DNA of 64,000 nt from Bugula neritina (GCA_964035545.1 OZ037770.1:8748973-8812972); one strand, 5' to 3'. Numbered from the stretch's first letter, positions 47,083 through 61,452 are shown. Program-made: numbers and translations. The notes: generated from the sequence alone by a model not told the origin.

Positions 47083-50000
47083 ATGCAGCAATGGATGAAA
47101 AACACATTCATGGTTCTTGGTAAGCTAATAAATACAATACTTTTAAAACTATTTAAAATCTCTATTGAAGAAAGTTATAAATATACCTAGTAGATATTCA
47201 CCTATATACCTAAATTTGAATAACTTTTTAAATAATGTGATTTATGCCTTTCTAGCAGTATGCTCTTCAGTGATGAGCACAACTGATACATCTCAGACAA
47301 TGCACACCCCTGGCAGCGGCTGTTTGGACGGCTGCCTGAAGGAATGGTACAACACAAGTAGCTTAGAAGAAAGTGGTGACGCAGAACTGCCTTTGCTAAT
47401 TGGCAAGGTCATTGCTGAACACAATAATGTGTCTGTGGAAGATCTGAATCTCATGTTCAGAGTCTACACTCAGATGTCTGTTGACCTGATACCAAATGTC
47501 CTGCACTCTATCTTCAGTCTGGAGCCTTATCTGACTTACCTATTAGCTGACGTATATCTAGCCAATGCTGCCAAACTGGCTAAACTAATGGTGGAGTTGC
47601 CTGCAGAAAAGCTGACTGGGTTTTTCACGGAATATTTTAAGCATTCTTGCAAAAAGTAAGTAAAAAGACAAACTTCATGACAAACAATAGTTTAATGCAT
47701 TTAATATATTATTATAAAAAGGCCTAACTTTAGTAATTACATTTTTTATTTGTGTGCTCCGTTATATAGATTTGTTCATGTACACATGTTTATTGTGCTT
47801 CTTTTAATTATACACATTTACTAGGCTGTCTCACCCTTTTGATAGGATAACTATAACATCATTTTATTAAGTAAACTGTTGAAGCAAATCATGTGAATAC
47901 AAAAATGCATAAAACATATAAATTATCATCAAAATTTTCTTCAACTTCAAATACTAGTGGAGTTACAAAATTATTCTACCGTCTCATTATATTATGATTT
48001 TGTTTCATTCTTATAACTGATTTTATAGTTTCGCTCAGTTAGAAAACATTGAGCTTTCTAAAGTAGAAAAAAAAGCAAGAGAAAAATTTAAAAACTTTTT
48101 CATCTTATATTATAATATTTCGCAGTGACTATACTACATGGAATAGAACAAAAACTTCCTAATTGAGATATTTACACCTAAGAACTACATATTCTTTGTG
48201 TTTAGCCCTGTTCAATGTAAAGTTTTGTGCTAGAAGCTAATAAGTGTGGGCTATAGATTTTAATCATATTTTTTATTTTAGTCACAGAGTTGAACAATTA
48301 TTTAACTGCTTAGGAAGTTGTGTTCTCAAGATCTGGGGAATTCAAAATGAAACTGCTACTACTACTATGCTCCACTTCAGCAGGATAAGAGCTACCTATT
48401 GCCAGAAGTATTTAGTAAATGACGACATAATGGGAAGTAAGTTGACACTCATTCCTATTTGTTAAAAGTGTCCATTACCTTCTGTAAAACTCTCTATTGC
48501 TATTCAAATCTAAGCCAGTGCTCTATAGCCACTATAGCTGCCACTATAGCTGCCACAAATGCTTTCTAATATATAAAAAGAATTAAAATACTAAATATAA
48601 GTACGTCTTAATAAATTTTAAACCTGTGATTATACGATTATTTATATGCCTGAGAAATAATGCTGAAAAACTTTATGTTTTGTGTAAAAGTATTAACATA
48701 ATAATAATATTTGCTGTAAAAATTATTAATTAGGCCTATATTTGAATTTAAAGCAGGGTTTTTATGTGAAATAAATGGTGCAACAATTATTAAAACCATT
48801 AAACTTTAAGAATCACAAATGCAATGAATGCAATTATAAAACTAATGCTGTAAAATTTTCAGTTAGCTATGGTTGTATCATTTCATAAACTCTTATTGAT
48901 TTTGTAGCAGATAACTTTGTCAGTTTTAGCGGAGGACCAAGGAACAGTGTGGAGGGATGTCATCCCCCTTGTAGATATTGGAAGAGGAATCAACAGCCTT
49001 TTGCCTTTTCATCTTATTAGGGAATACTCTCTCTTACCAGAGAACAACTCCTCATTCTTTAATCAGCTCCATACACTGTCCTGCACTTGTGGCATTTCCT
49101 CTCAACTACTTAACGGAATAATTACAATGCCTGAAACTTACCTGATGAAAAAGTCTTCATTAAGGTAAGTAAACGTACTCAATTCAAATAGAACTTACAT
49201 TGCAACGGTAATTGTTTTATTATTACTGCATGTATCATTTGCTTTTACACCTAAATCAGCATAGCCATTCAATATTGTTGAAATATAAAGTAGAAAATGC
49301 TAACAGGAGAAAACAACTCTAGAACCAAAAATATATTTATTGCACTAATGAAAAAATGTGGGATTTTTACTTGTTTAATAAATTTAGGAAACTATTTATA
49401 TTATCTTTTAAGTTAATGAGTTTTTTTTGCATAATTAGAAATACAATATTTCTTGAAAATAAAAATAAATATTTTCAGAAAAACCAAATGCTTAGAGCTT
49501 TTAACTTGCACAATTAGAATAATATATAAGTTGCTTTTTCAAAGATTTTTTGTTTTCTTTTCACTTTGATTTTCATTTTCATTGTATATGTTGCTGCTTT
49601 TAAAGAAATATCTTCAATAAGAAATGCTGCCTACAAAGCATGATTTGTTAACCTTAAATTTAAAATTATCTAATAAATTAAATAACTAGAAAAGCTAATT
49701 TGATTTATGACTGTTTAAAGATTAATTTAATTACTCTTACACTAATCATATCTCATTATAATTTTAACAATTAACAAATAAGTTTGTTTTATAATCTTAT
49801 CTGAATATTACAAATTGTTGGCAACTTTCCAAATTCAGGAAACCCTAAAGCCAACACATCATGTCTTTAGCTTCAGTGAAGCGCAACTAGCAATGTGAAT
49901 TTGGCAATAGCGAGGCTACTTATAATTTATGAATATTACATATTTCATTGCAATGTATTCAATCATGTTATATACGTAATAGTATATAAACTATTTAACT

Positions 50001-53000
50001 AATTAATTATGTACCTCTTATAATTATTAATGTTTTAGATTTGTTGATTCATACTTCAAGTGTGCTTTAAGAAACTTGGATAAATTATATTCGGAAAGAA
50101 TAGACATTGAAAAGATTGCTGCACATTTTAATGTTATTGCCAGAAGGTATGGGGTAGAGGTTACCAACATTGACAAGGTAAGACAACTTTTTATAAACAT
50201 TTATTGTGTATTATTCAAATTATAATGCAAGATGTGTAAAGCAACGTTATCTGCATGATCTGAAATCAACATATTAGTTCTATGCCATTGAGTGTAAGCA
50301 TTCAGAGTGGTAGAATCTTTAGCATAGTGTATTCCTTCAACTATAGCAGTGTATGAAGAGGTATTGTAAATCAATATTGACTACCACACAGGTGTATTAA
50401 TATCATAAATATAATTTAATTTTTTGTGTTATAATAATTCATTCATATATAATATTTGAACGTAATTAGTTACTCAGAGTGTTTTTTATTATTGACATAT
50501 ATATTAAAATTCTGGTGATATTGCAATATTATTACGCCTATAACATTTGTATGCAATTGGTTTGAATTTATTAAGTTTTCTAGTAATTTTGTAGCCTAAT
50601 GTATCAACAAGAAAGAGAAATACAGTGGGTTTGTTTGGAAGAAACAGTGCAATTACATATGATGCTTTTTCAATCACATCATGTCTAACTTGGGGTTGGA
50701 TGACGTATTTAACTAACGAACATTTTACTCTCCAAGGTTATATGGAAGACAATTTCAACAGCTCTTCAAGTAACCAGTTTACTTTGGTGAGTTAATAAAC
50801 AGTGTTATATGATGTCCAAGTATATAATCCATAAGACTAGATTCAGTTGATGAACCGTGTATAATCTCTATATTTTATTGAATTTTATTTAATCATGAAA
50901 ACAGTTTATATCGCCATTTCATTACTTCTACTATATACTAGCTGTAGGTTTTATATTTTAGTTCATTGATTGTAAAATCGGTTTCGATTCAGTGTGTAAT
51001 GTAATAGTAAACAGGTAAATGTAGCTGATGGTTTAATTACCTTACTTTTGTAGCTGACCAAGTTAAAAATAGAATTTCATGGAGAAGATGAAGGCAACAT
51101 TTACACCACAGAAAGTCTGACTAAACCAGATGTTCAATTGATTGCATTAAGCAATTATTTGGTGAAGAGTGTTGGTAAGGAACCATCAAAATAATTCTTA
51201 TATAGTACTTTGCAATAAAATGAAAATATATGAGAAAAGCATAAACATATTGTTTTGAATTGTAATGACTTGCCTTTTTTTCCAATAACTTCAATGTAAA
51301 ACTTTTTTTAACCATTAAAGTAAAATAATTACTAGGGTGTTTTAGTGATCCAGAGACTATTTGGCGGGCATAGTTAATAATTTGAATTTTGGCAGGGCCA
51401 TTAAAAGTGTCAGGAAGAATATTTACTCATAGAAGCTTTAGTGCTTTGTGAGCAAAAACTCAACAAAAACCATATTGCCAGCCAACGTAGTGAGAGCTAC
51501 AATCTTCAACTTGCTCAAATAAAGCCTTTACTGGTGAAGATCATGGCACTTATAGACAAAATGAGCCTGTTTCTAGGAACATAATATGCATTTTGTAGAC
51601 ACATTAGAGCTGACAGAAACCAGCGCTGGAGATGTTGAAATTGTGCAGTGGTCTTCATCAACTGTGTTTCATATCTCTATTCACAGGTGAGAGAAAAGAT
51701 AACAGGTTTAAACATAAAACAGATGAAGATGCAATAAGCAACTCTCTTAATTACAATGCTACAATACGTAGAGCTCATTTATGCCTACAGATAAAGCCTA
51801 AAGTTACGTTTACTCAGCCTAGAATTTTTTTGGATAACGTATATTTACTTGTAACATAACTTGATACTATTACAGAAATGAATACGTGGTAGCTGTTAGA
51901 ATGGGTGACACTTTGTACCAACAATCTCTTGGAATCTTAGCTACCGGATGTCCACCGCAGGACTTACAAGGTGCTGCTAATAGAAATAGAAATAAATAAT
52001 TATTTATGTTTTAATTTTACTTCACATAGCATTGGTCAAAACATTGTTTCACTATAAGTCTCAATATAATGGATAATGATTATAAGCAACTTTCATTGTT
52101 TTTAAAAAATTGCAGTAATAGTATAAGGATGATGTGAAACGTTTTTATTAAAATGCTATCTCATGCACTTGCAAAAGTTTATAGTTGCTATCCCTGTGAG
52201 AAACCCCTGATGAAAGGATTTTTGTTAGAACGGGCTAAGGACTTATTCATATGCGGCACAGAGCAATTATGACTGGATGCTTTTCCTATCATCTCCATTG
52301 GCCATGGGGAATTCAAATCTATAACTTTGTGTTTACTAAGCTGACACTTTAACCCCTCCACCACGGCTGCTCCATATATATTTCACAAAAATGCTATAGC
52401 CTAATAATTACTACTTAATTGTATTTAAGCCTTAAATTTTCTACCAGCACTTTGATAAAAAAATTAATATTTTACATTAAACTGTTGACTCAAAAATTTT
52501 TAGAAATTGAAAAGAACTGCAGAAAATTGTGCATTGAAGTGAAACCTTTGCTGAAAGAAAGCTGTGATACTAGATGCTCTTTAACACACTCAATCAAGGT
52601 AAACTCACGATCACGCAAGTTTATAGTTGCTATCCCTGTGAGAAAACCTGATTAATTTACAGGTTTTTGGTAAACCGAGCTAAGAACTTGTTTAGATGCG
52701 GCAAAGAGGCAATTATGACTGTATGCTCTTTCTAACATCACCAATAGCCTTAATCGGTTCGAACCCATGACTTGGTGTTAACTAAGCAAACGCTTTAACC
52801 CCTAGACCACAGCTGCTTTCTACACTCAATTGAGGCAGGTGGGATCAAAATAATCAAATATTATTCATAAACAAATTAATTAATGTTGCTCTTTAATAAG
52901 AATTCCTTTTGTTTAGGTAAAAAGCTAGTACAAAGTGGTAAAACAAGACAAACATTATCTCAAGCAGGTTGACAATTACATGTTGCCATTCTTGGAGTTA

Positions 53001-53973
53001 ATTTTTTAAAAAAATTTCAAGCATGTGAATTGTGAATAGTACTTTTATTATATAAAAAAGCATTTTCAAGCTAGCAATTTTATTTATGAAGTATTTTTTA
53101 GCTTTAGCAAAATATTAAATATTAGCTCAATGCATATATATAAGTGAAACATACCGAAGTGTGTAAAATTAAAGTTGTTTGTGTATATGCAAAGCTGTGC
53201 ATTTTTAATTGCTAAATTCATATAATATATCAAAACAAAAGACTATTTTAAAGCCATGTGGCAGTCTGCCAGATTGAAATTATATGTGCACTTCTTTAAT
53301 CTTTTGAAAAGAAAGTTTTTAAACTTGCAAAGTGTCATCAAATGATTCATTCGAAACGAGAAAACTATTTTAATAGTCTTGTCTTCCATTTTCATATTTT
53401 CCAGTTACAAACATGAGTGTTACCAAAGTCGAGGTTTAGAGTTACTCAACCCATTGTTTAAGCTTTTTGCAAAGCTTTTAACTCAGTAGTTTGTGACTGT
53501 AGTATCTGGCTAGTTATTATTCCTCCTGCTTAATGCAGCCAAGGAAAGACAACTCACATTGCTAGTGCACATAATCTCAGTTCTAAATATTGACATATAT
53601 TTTTGTTGTATATGCAAAACCTGATAACTGTTGAATCCAAAAGCTTGTTTTACCTTGAAAATATGAATACCGCTCACAGATTATGATAGTTATTTCATTA
53701 TTAGAGTTTTTCAATTGCTTAAGTTTTCAGATATATAATAGAAATATTTAGGGCATCTGTAGTAAAGTCCTTTAAATTATGGTTTGTAATCAGGAAGTTC
53801 AGGAGCCACGGGCTATAATAGAAGCAATTATGAGTCAGCTGAAAGATCATGATGACGCGATGACTGGTCCTAACCAGTACAGGATACGGCCGCCTTCAAC
53901 AGAGAACAGTGCTGAGCTCGCAACTCCCACTTTAGTCATTTTTATTGTTCTGAAATGTCTCATGTTTCCTTAA
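47083..53973 (+). CDS. GPI-anchored RGM (repulsive guidance molecule)-like vWD-domain protein, ~578 aa
   Basis: Exons 47083-47119, 47256-47655, 48282-48436, 48930-49164, 50039-50177, 50595-50786, 51054-51174, 51599-51686, 51876-51970, 52504-52598, 53794-53973 are phase-consistent (1737 nt). Signal peptide; RGM-type vWD/C-terminal motifs (VGLFG...SCLTWGWMTYLTNEHFTLQ...LTKLKIEF; YVVAVRM...ILATGCP; C...C...SC); hydrophobic C-terminus TLVIFIVLKCLMFP*. Confidence 0.75.
51335..51510 (+). mobile_element. Highly degenerate SINE remnant
   Basis: gccattaaaagtgtcaggaagaatatttactcata matches the SINE core. Confidence 0.35.
52160..52372 (-). mobile_element. tRNA-derived SINE
   Basis: Matches the family from the agtttatagttgctatccctgtgaga tail to the ccacggctgctc head. 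Confidence 0.85.
52603..52818 (-). mobile_element. tRNA-derived SINE inserted at a splice donor
   Basis: Full family match including GGTTCGAACC; TSD-like acactcaatcaaggta / acactcaattgaggca. Confidence 0.85.
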
Positions 53974-54862
53974 TATACTGTTTTAGTTTTACTTAGCATT
54001 AACTGTTGATTAAATTTTTGATTGTCTATGATGTATAGTTTTAGCTTCCATCAAATACATGTATTTTAGAAAATATAATATTTCTTTATGTGCTTTTATC
54101 TTGTAGTATTTCTGAACTATTACAGTTATTTTTATTGCAACCATTTTACATTAACATGTGCTCTTGAATAATGTATAGTATTCTAGTTTTAAAATTATTG
54201 CATGTGCTAGTCCTTAATTATTTTAAAACAAGCAAACTATTGCTTGCTTTGCATTGTTATGTACACTTCATCTTATGATGCAATCATATAATACTAATAT
54301 AATCAAAACATATATATCTGGTCTCAAATTTGCAATTAAGCTGAGTTAAAAAAGAAGTTACCAGAAGTTACTAGTTTTTGAAACAAATTTGATTATTTAA
54401 TAGCATTGAGTTTTTATGAAAGTTGCTGTTACAGCCGATAGTATTAGATTCATATCTCCGAATAATTATGTATGCATGATATGTATGGATAATTACAACC
54501 ATGTAGTATGACATCATTGTAATTTTCTTTTGAACAAAAAGAAAACCAGTTTCATTTAAAATAATGATTTATTATATCATATATAATACGACATATTTAA
54601 AAAATGTTTTGCAGATTTGCAGGAAAATGAGATATGCCAACAATGCTAATAATAGTTTTCAGCAAAGAATTAATTATAATTATAATAGGAATTTATAACA
54701 AAAGAGTTGATTGATGGCTTCACAATCATTTTGGCCAAAGTCACAGAATCAATAACACAATTTATCAGCTTTTGCAGTAATTACTAGTTTGCCTAATAAC
54801 GTAGTTCAGCTTTAGAAGCACTAATTTGCTTTACTGAATAATTCATCAAACCAACCAACAAA

Positions 54863-55954
54863 ATGCCAGAGTGTGAAACAAACTTTGACATGGATGAAGA
54901 CTTAGAGTTCAGTAATCCGGAGTCTAGTGAGGTGCGTCATCAGTTAACCTCCAGCCATATTGATATTGTAATGTGGTACAATAAGTTATAAACCTGAAGC
55001 TAATAATGTTTTGCTTGTTTATATTTAAAAGTTTTAAATTGTTTGCCCTGTAACACGTTCTACTAAAATTATAGAACACAATAAACTCTGAGTATATTCC
55101 GGATTTCTCAGATGATAAAGTTGGCCAGCAGCTTGTTGAACTGGCGCCTAAATTGACAGATGGTAAGTGTTCACTGGTATGTAGATGCATACGAAGCATA
55201 GAAAAAATAATATTTGTAATTTTAAAATAAATTGTACAATCCTGAATAACTCCCTAGACACACGTTGCCACACCGTGGGCCGTAACTTAAACTATCAGTC
55301 ATTTTTAATGTTCTTCAAGTTCCCTATGGTACGATCTATGACACTTCATTGGACATTTTTATCCAATGAACGTCTTCTTGTCCAATAAGAGCCGGCTGCA
55401 ACTTTTTTTAATCAAACAGTGCTTGATCTTAACGTACCGCAAAGTCGTACTGAAAGCTCAGACATTTGTAAAGATGGCTACTATTTTGCGTTACGGCCTA
55501 CGGTACGGCAAAGTGTGTCTAGGGGGTAAGCAATGATCGATATTGATTTCTAAACTTTTAATTATGATTCCCCTAACATGCTATTTGTCTTTAATTGTTA
55601 GCTAACATCTTAAAAAAAGGGTGACTCGAGATAATTTCTGAGGAGACAACTTCAAATGATGAAAAAATTAGTTTGCATCTATTTCAGGGTTGTGCTTTGA
55701 AAAACATATTGTTACTGATCAGTATAGTTTCATGTTGTTATTATGCTTTGGTAGCTGAGTTGGACATCTTTTTAAAAGAAATTGAAATCAGAGGTTTACA
55801 AAAACTAATTCGAGGTTCACTAGGAGATGCCGAGATACTAACTTATGAAACAACGCTAAAGCCTTGGAGGAACACTACCAAACCCCTCTTGTGTTTTGGA
55901 GTTGCTTCACTTTGCCTTGCTGGCTACTGCTTCTATAAACGCTACAATTCATAG
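54863..55954 (+). CDS. Small acidic tail-anchored protein, ~118 aa (exons 54863-54931, 55075-55162, 55755-55954)
   Basis: aacaaaATG start; phase-consistent GT-AG joins; C-terminal TM PLLCFGVASLCLAGYCFY then KRYNS*. The stop is directly followed by GTAAGC. Confidence 0.65.
55250..55526. mobile_element. PIF/Harbinger-type MITE (277 bp), intronic
   Basis: TIRs ctccctagacacacgttgccacaccgtgggccgtaac / gttacggcctacggtacggcaaagtgtgtctaggggg with TAA on both sides. Confidence 0.85.
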
Positions 55955-58900
55955 GTAAGCATTTGTGAGTTAAACTAAAATTGTTCTGACCAAAACTGCT
56001 CAAGCTATACTTTTGTCTTCTACATAATATTTTCCTGTCAGCATTGGTGTCCTAGGAACTGAATTTGAAAAACAAAATTGAAAACAAATCAGCTAAGCAA
56101 GTACTGCAAAACCGTTCTAAAGATTAAAGCCTGAATTTCATAATAAATTCTAAATTTAAATATGTGATTTCAACTTTGGACCTGAATCTTTTTTATTCAA
56201 AACACATCCACTTTTTACACCCTTCATTCTATACTGTGTCTTTTTTCTAATTTATCCATGTAACTCCTGCATAAATAATCACTTTAATGCTTAAATATGT
56301 TCAATATTTATAATCAAAGGCAGTTTACTGAGACTAGTGACACTTGCTAATTAATTTTGCAGATATAGTATATGTAAATATCAATTGATTATTCTAGAAT
56401 CTAGGTTATATAAAACTATTTAACAGAGTCTAAAATTTAGCTTAAATTTTAACGAGCATTTGAACAAATTTAAATTTTAGAGTGTTTATCTATAGTTTAC
56501 TATGTTATGTAGCCTACTGCAATTTAGTTTAGAAAACAGTAGCAATTATTTTAAAAGAAACACTACCTATATATTGTTTAAATGTCATGGGGTTGTAAGC
56601 AAAACAACTATTTGCTGTGAAAATATCGATTAATCTTATTAAACCAGTTTATCAACATTGATCAATATGTCACAGACTTACAGCATAATATACTTGTCTT
56701 GCTTAGAAATAGCAACGGGATTTTGCTCCTATGTTATTAGATTCATATTTCTTAGTATATTGTATGATTCCAATAACTTAGTTTAATGTTGTGTCTCTAT
56801 AACAAAGAAATGTTTTTTATATTTGCAGGTCGCCCTGCAAGATAATTGCAGATTGCAATGCTTTGTGAAACCCTTTAGAGTTGTCTGAACTCGCCAATAA
56901 ACAGGCTGATCAGAAGTTAGTCTATTCTAATGGTTGGCTAGACTCGTAGGGTCCTCTCCATGACTTCTTAAAACAAGTTTCTAACACAATTTTTTTCAGC
57001 ACCCTTCTGAAGGATGTTTTTTTGTTAGATTCCTCCGTTAATATGCTATGTCTATTTAGACATCAAACCATGACAGTGTATTAGAAAAGTTGTCCCAAAA
57101 TGCTTTGGTTTCCTGTTTGTCATTTTGCAACTCAAATTTTAGCTAAGTTCACAACCCTCTAGACACAATGTTATCACATGACTCAACACAAATGTATTTG
57201 TATATACACACTAACGAGCTAGTATATAGTTTCTTGATTAAATGTGATTCATACAAGAATGTTTCTGTTTAATTATGAGTCACCTACAGTATAAGTACCT
57301 CGGCTCATGTGACCAAAAACCAAACGAGGTTAGGCCATTTAGGTTGACATATTTTTTTTCACAACCGCTACTAACAACTTTTTATGTTATACATATATTC
57401 AAGAGTTATCCTTCTTTTTATATAAGGCTACTGGTTTGTAATTTTGATCTACCGATCAGTTCGACGCAGCAGAAATTTATTATCTACTCGCTCAAATTGA
57501 GCTCTACTATAAAATGTGCACTGATGATATATAATATACTGTATGTACTGTATACTATCAAGATAGCATCAAGTATTTGGTAATGTGTATTTAGGTGTTT
57601 AGTTCCGCTTACTCGGTTGTATTCTTATCCTGAAGGTATATGTGTGTCTTTGTTTTATTTCATTTCTGCTTTTTTACCGCGATGTTGTAAATTTGAAGTG
57701 TTTATTAATCTGTTTGCCTTTCAATAAATTTTGAATCAAATATAATATTATATTGATTAAAAAATATACTTGAGATTATTTAAAGCAATTTATTGAATTA
57801 GATTTCTAGAATTTTAATAAGAATTTGTAACTTTAATGCTACTAAAATACTTTAGGTCAATCAATGAAATTTGAGAATGATGGGATATTCATTTGAAAAC
57901 AGGGTTATTAGGGAATTTCATCAAACAGACCATTAACATAGCATGTATATGAATCATGAAAATTTAAAGCTGAAGAATTCTAAATTATTTTGTATTTTCC
58001 TTGTTGACATATCAAGGTTACACCATAAAATAGTTTAAAAGTTAAACATTATTTTTTCCAATCCCATTACTTTAAATTTTATGTCTTGTGATAACGAGTG
58101 AGTTACTATGAATAACAAATTGTGCAACTGTTGGGTTCAAGTAAATTGGGAATTCATGAGAAGTAATTACTTTTAGGGCTTTTTAAATGGGAATATTTCA
58201 ACGATCACTTCTTGGATAATTTATTACTTATTAAACTTGACTCTCTTGCCAATTCAATCTATGAAGTTGGTGGAGTAAATTTTAATAGAAGGAAATAAAT
58301 TTGGCTTCTCATCAGCTTCCACTGTATAGCAGCTGGCTGCACTCTCATGCAAGGTCTTTGTGAATACTAACAATTTTAAAGTCGAAAAGTTTATAATAAA
58401 AGAAAGGTTTATTAACTACAACTATAGTAAATATATATAAAGATTAGAATATTAGTAAAATAACTCAATTCAGTTTCTTGGGTAGATTGATTTCCAGTTT
58501 ACCTATAATCATTGATTAAATATAATATGGTAAAACCTAACAGGTGCTGATTACTTTCAATTGAGATAGCATATGACCGTAATTTTGTTGTACAAAAGTA
58601 AAATGCATTAAAACAGTGGAAGCAGATTTACAGTTTAATAAAACCTGTGTTGGGATCACCATGCAGTAATTATACAGTGATAGCATGCACAGCAAAGAAA
58701 ATCTGTAGTTATGCGTAACCAATGTGTTCCTTTATAGCTATAACTTTGATTATTATAGCTTATATAAATTTGCTTTATGAAACACATTACAAAATTTTTA
58801 CTATAGCATATAATTAAAAATATACATAACTGTGAAACCCTCATATAACTAAAACTAGTAAAGTGTAAGATGCCACTGTTCAGTGCACACATTGTTTTAT

Positions 58901-59828
58901 AATTGTTTAATAATTTATAATTGTAACAATTTACATTGTTTTATAATTATATCAGTACAACCATTATATTTTTCTAATTATATTGTTGTAGCATAAAAGA
59001 TGCAAAGAGATGGATGGCTTATATATGAACTATGCACTAAATTTTGTTTATCTACATAACATATTTACTATATAATTAAAAACTCATAAACTGTCATATT
59101 TTCATTAGTTGACTCAATGCTGAACGTTAAGGCTAAAATTGATGAAATGTATTTATAACTCAGCATCACTTGTTGGCAGGTAATTATTAGAATAAGTTTA
59201 AAATTTTGTATCAACCTTCCTCATAAAGAAAGCCACTATGAGGTTTTGCAATAATTGTTAAATAGTATTTTAGGAATACACTCTAAAACAGTATAATAAT
59301 ATGATAATTTATTTGTCAGCAGATGTTTATGAATAGAGAGGCTGTAGGCCAATTACATGCATGGAGACAGCATAATATATTTATTATGGAGAAATTTGGT
59401 TTAGCATATATTCTGAGAATTTAAGCAAAAAAAGTATGATAAAACATTTTACCAAAAAATTGATATAGTAACTTGTATACTTTACTCGAGCTCATAATGC
59501 AAGTTAATATTGCCTATATTGCAAAAGACAAGCTCTGCAGTTTATGTTCACGGTACCTCAGTTTATAGTATTTCAGGTACGCAATTTGGTAACAGTATAC
59601 AGTATACCTTTTTCCTGCATGCACACACAATGGGCTGTTATTAGATATATTATTGTAAATGCGCAGGCTTGCAGCCTATTTATTTTTTAAATTTTTTTAT
59701 TTTGTAACATGAACAGTTCATGGAATAAAGTAGTAATCAAAAAATCAGAGTTTTAAATAAAAAAGAAAAAAAATATACATCTCCACACCTGATGTAGATA
59801 TTACCTTGTGATAAGCTCCTTAAAATTA

Positions 59829-60046
59829 GAGAGCAGCCGTGGTCTAGGGGTTAAAGCATTTGCTTTGTGAACACGAAATCGTGGGTTTAAGCCCTAACAA
59901 AGGCTATTGGTGATGTTAAGATCAGCATTTGGTCATAATTGCTCTTATGCCCCATCTAAACAAGTCCTTAGCCCGTTATAACAAAAAACCTTTCCATTAG
60001 GGGTTTCTCACAGAGATAGCAACTATAAACTTGCGTGAGTTGAGTT
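59829..60046 (+). mobile_element. tRNA-derived SINE, full length, 18-bp TSD
   Basis: GAGAGCAGCCGTGGTCTAGGGGTTAAAGC head and GAGTT tail; TSD ataagctccttaaaatta / ataagctcctcaaaatta. Confidence 0.9.
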
Positions 60047-61104
60047 ATATAAGCTCCTCAAAATTATAATAGTGAAATATTATAATGTTTATATACTGTC
60101 ATATAACTGTTATGTTAAACTAATAAAGCTTTTATGTTATAGTGCAAAAATGTATAATTATTATCACCAGAGTCCTTCAAAATAAATATACTTGTTACTA
60201 TAATATATGCACACAAATCAGACAATGACATTTTCCTTCAAATCATGTTACAGGGATTTTGAGTAGAAATTCTTTTCACGCGGAAAATTTAGATTATAAC
60301 AAAAGATTTTTTTTTTTAGCCGGACATAAGCTTCTGAAAATGTAACTATTCTTGAAACTGGAACTTAGTTTTTACTATCAAAGAAAGATATTAACTATTT
60401 CAATGACAAGGAAAATCAATCTACCCCATACAGCAATGGGAAATTTTCAATTGCTTCCTTATTACCGTTCCAATCAGATTAATTGAGGAACTATAGCTGA
60501 GATTTTGGCATTGCCTAATAACTAATAATTAATGTGAAACTGAAAGATTGATGCAAGCATAAGCCTTTGATATGCATAATGAATATAAACTAAGACGGGT
60601 ATTCAATAACAACACTTCAACTAAATGCTTTCCACATATGACTTGTGACAATTCAGCCACACCTAAGAGATAGTACCTACATTATGCATCAAGATAGCAT
60701 TGTAAGGCATCTTAAGATTCTATTATAACAATACAGACGATAAGTTATGAGACAATGCATACGCTAATAACTATCTGTGTATGCTCTGATAACCATCACA
60801 AAACTTGAGAAAAAACAATTGGGTTACTTTTAAATCGATGTAATATCACTGAGTAAAATATTCAAGATATTTGAATAAGAAAAGGCTAAACAATATTGAG
60901 GTGTACATACTTGAAAACTTTCTGAGTGGCTTAATGTTAAGCGAATTGAAGGAAACCTTTTTTATTATACATATATTCAATACTTCAGCGCATATAATAA
61001 CTAATATAGTTGGTAAATTTTACCAGCTTGTCAACTTTTTGCTTTATCAGACAGCTTATAAGTTACCTTTGCTTGAGTAAAACCAATAAAATAACTATTA
61101 TATA

Positions 61105-61300
61105 AAACCTTATAGTCTATAGCCTCTACCTCTGGGAGAACCCTGGTGAAAAGGGCTTTTGTAATCTAACAAAGGAATGCTTTTGGTGCAGCAGAAAAAA
61201 AATTATAACTGAATGCTCTTCCTAGCATCACCAATAGCCTTTACTGAAGGCTGAGCCACTGAATTTTGGTTTACTTAAAGGCAAGCACACTAGCCATTAA
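61105..61300 (-). mobile_element. Degenerate tRNA-derived SINE
   Basis: gctcttcctagcatcaccaatagcctt core and tail similarity. Confidence 0.65.
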
Positions 61301-61452
61301 TAAAAACTATTTTACTCCACTATAAGTAAAATAAATTATAACGGACTGCTGAAGGTTTTCATTACTATTTAATAATCACTCAGTTGTGGAAACAGCATTA
61401 GCATCAGATATCAGCTGCTGATATATAGCTGCAATAGTTTAAAACTATAAAT

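Noticed and set aside
59829-59900. Functional tRNA genes at SINE heads
   Set aside because: Each continues into a shared non-tRNA body and tail with TSDs; the cloverleafs are degenerate.
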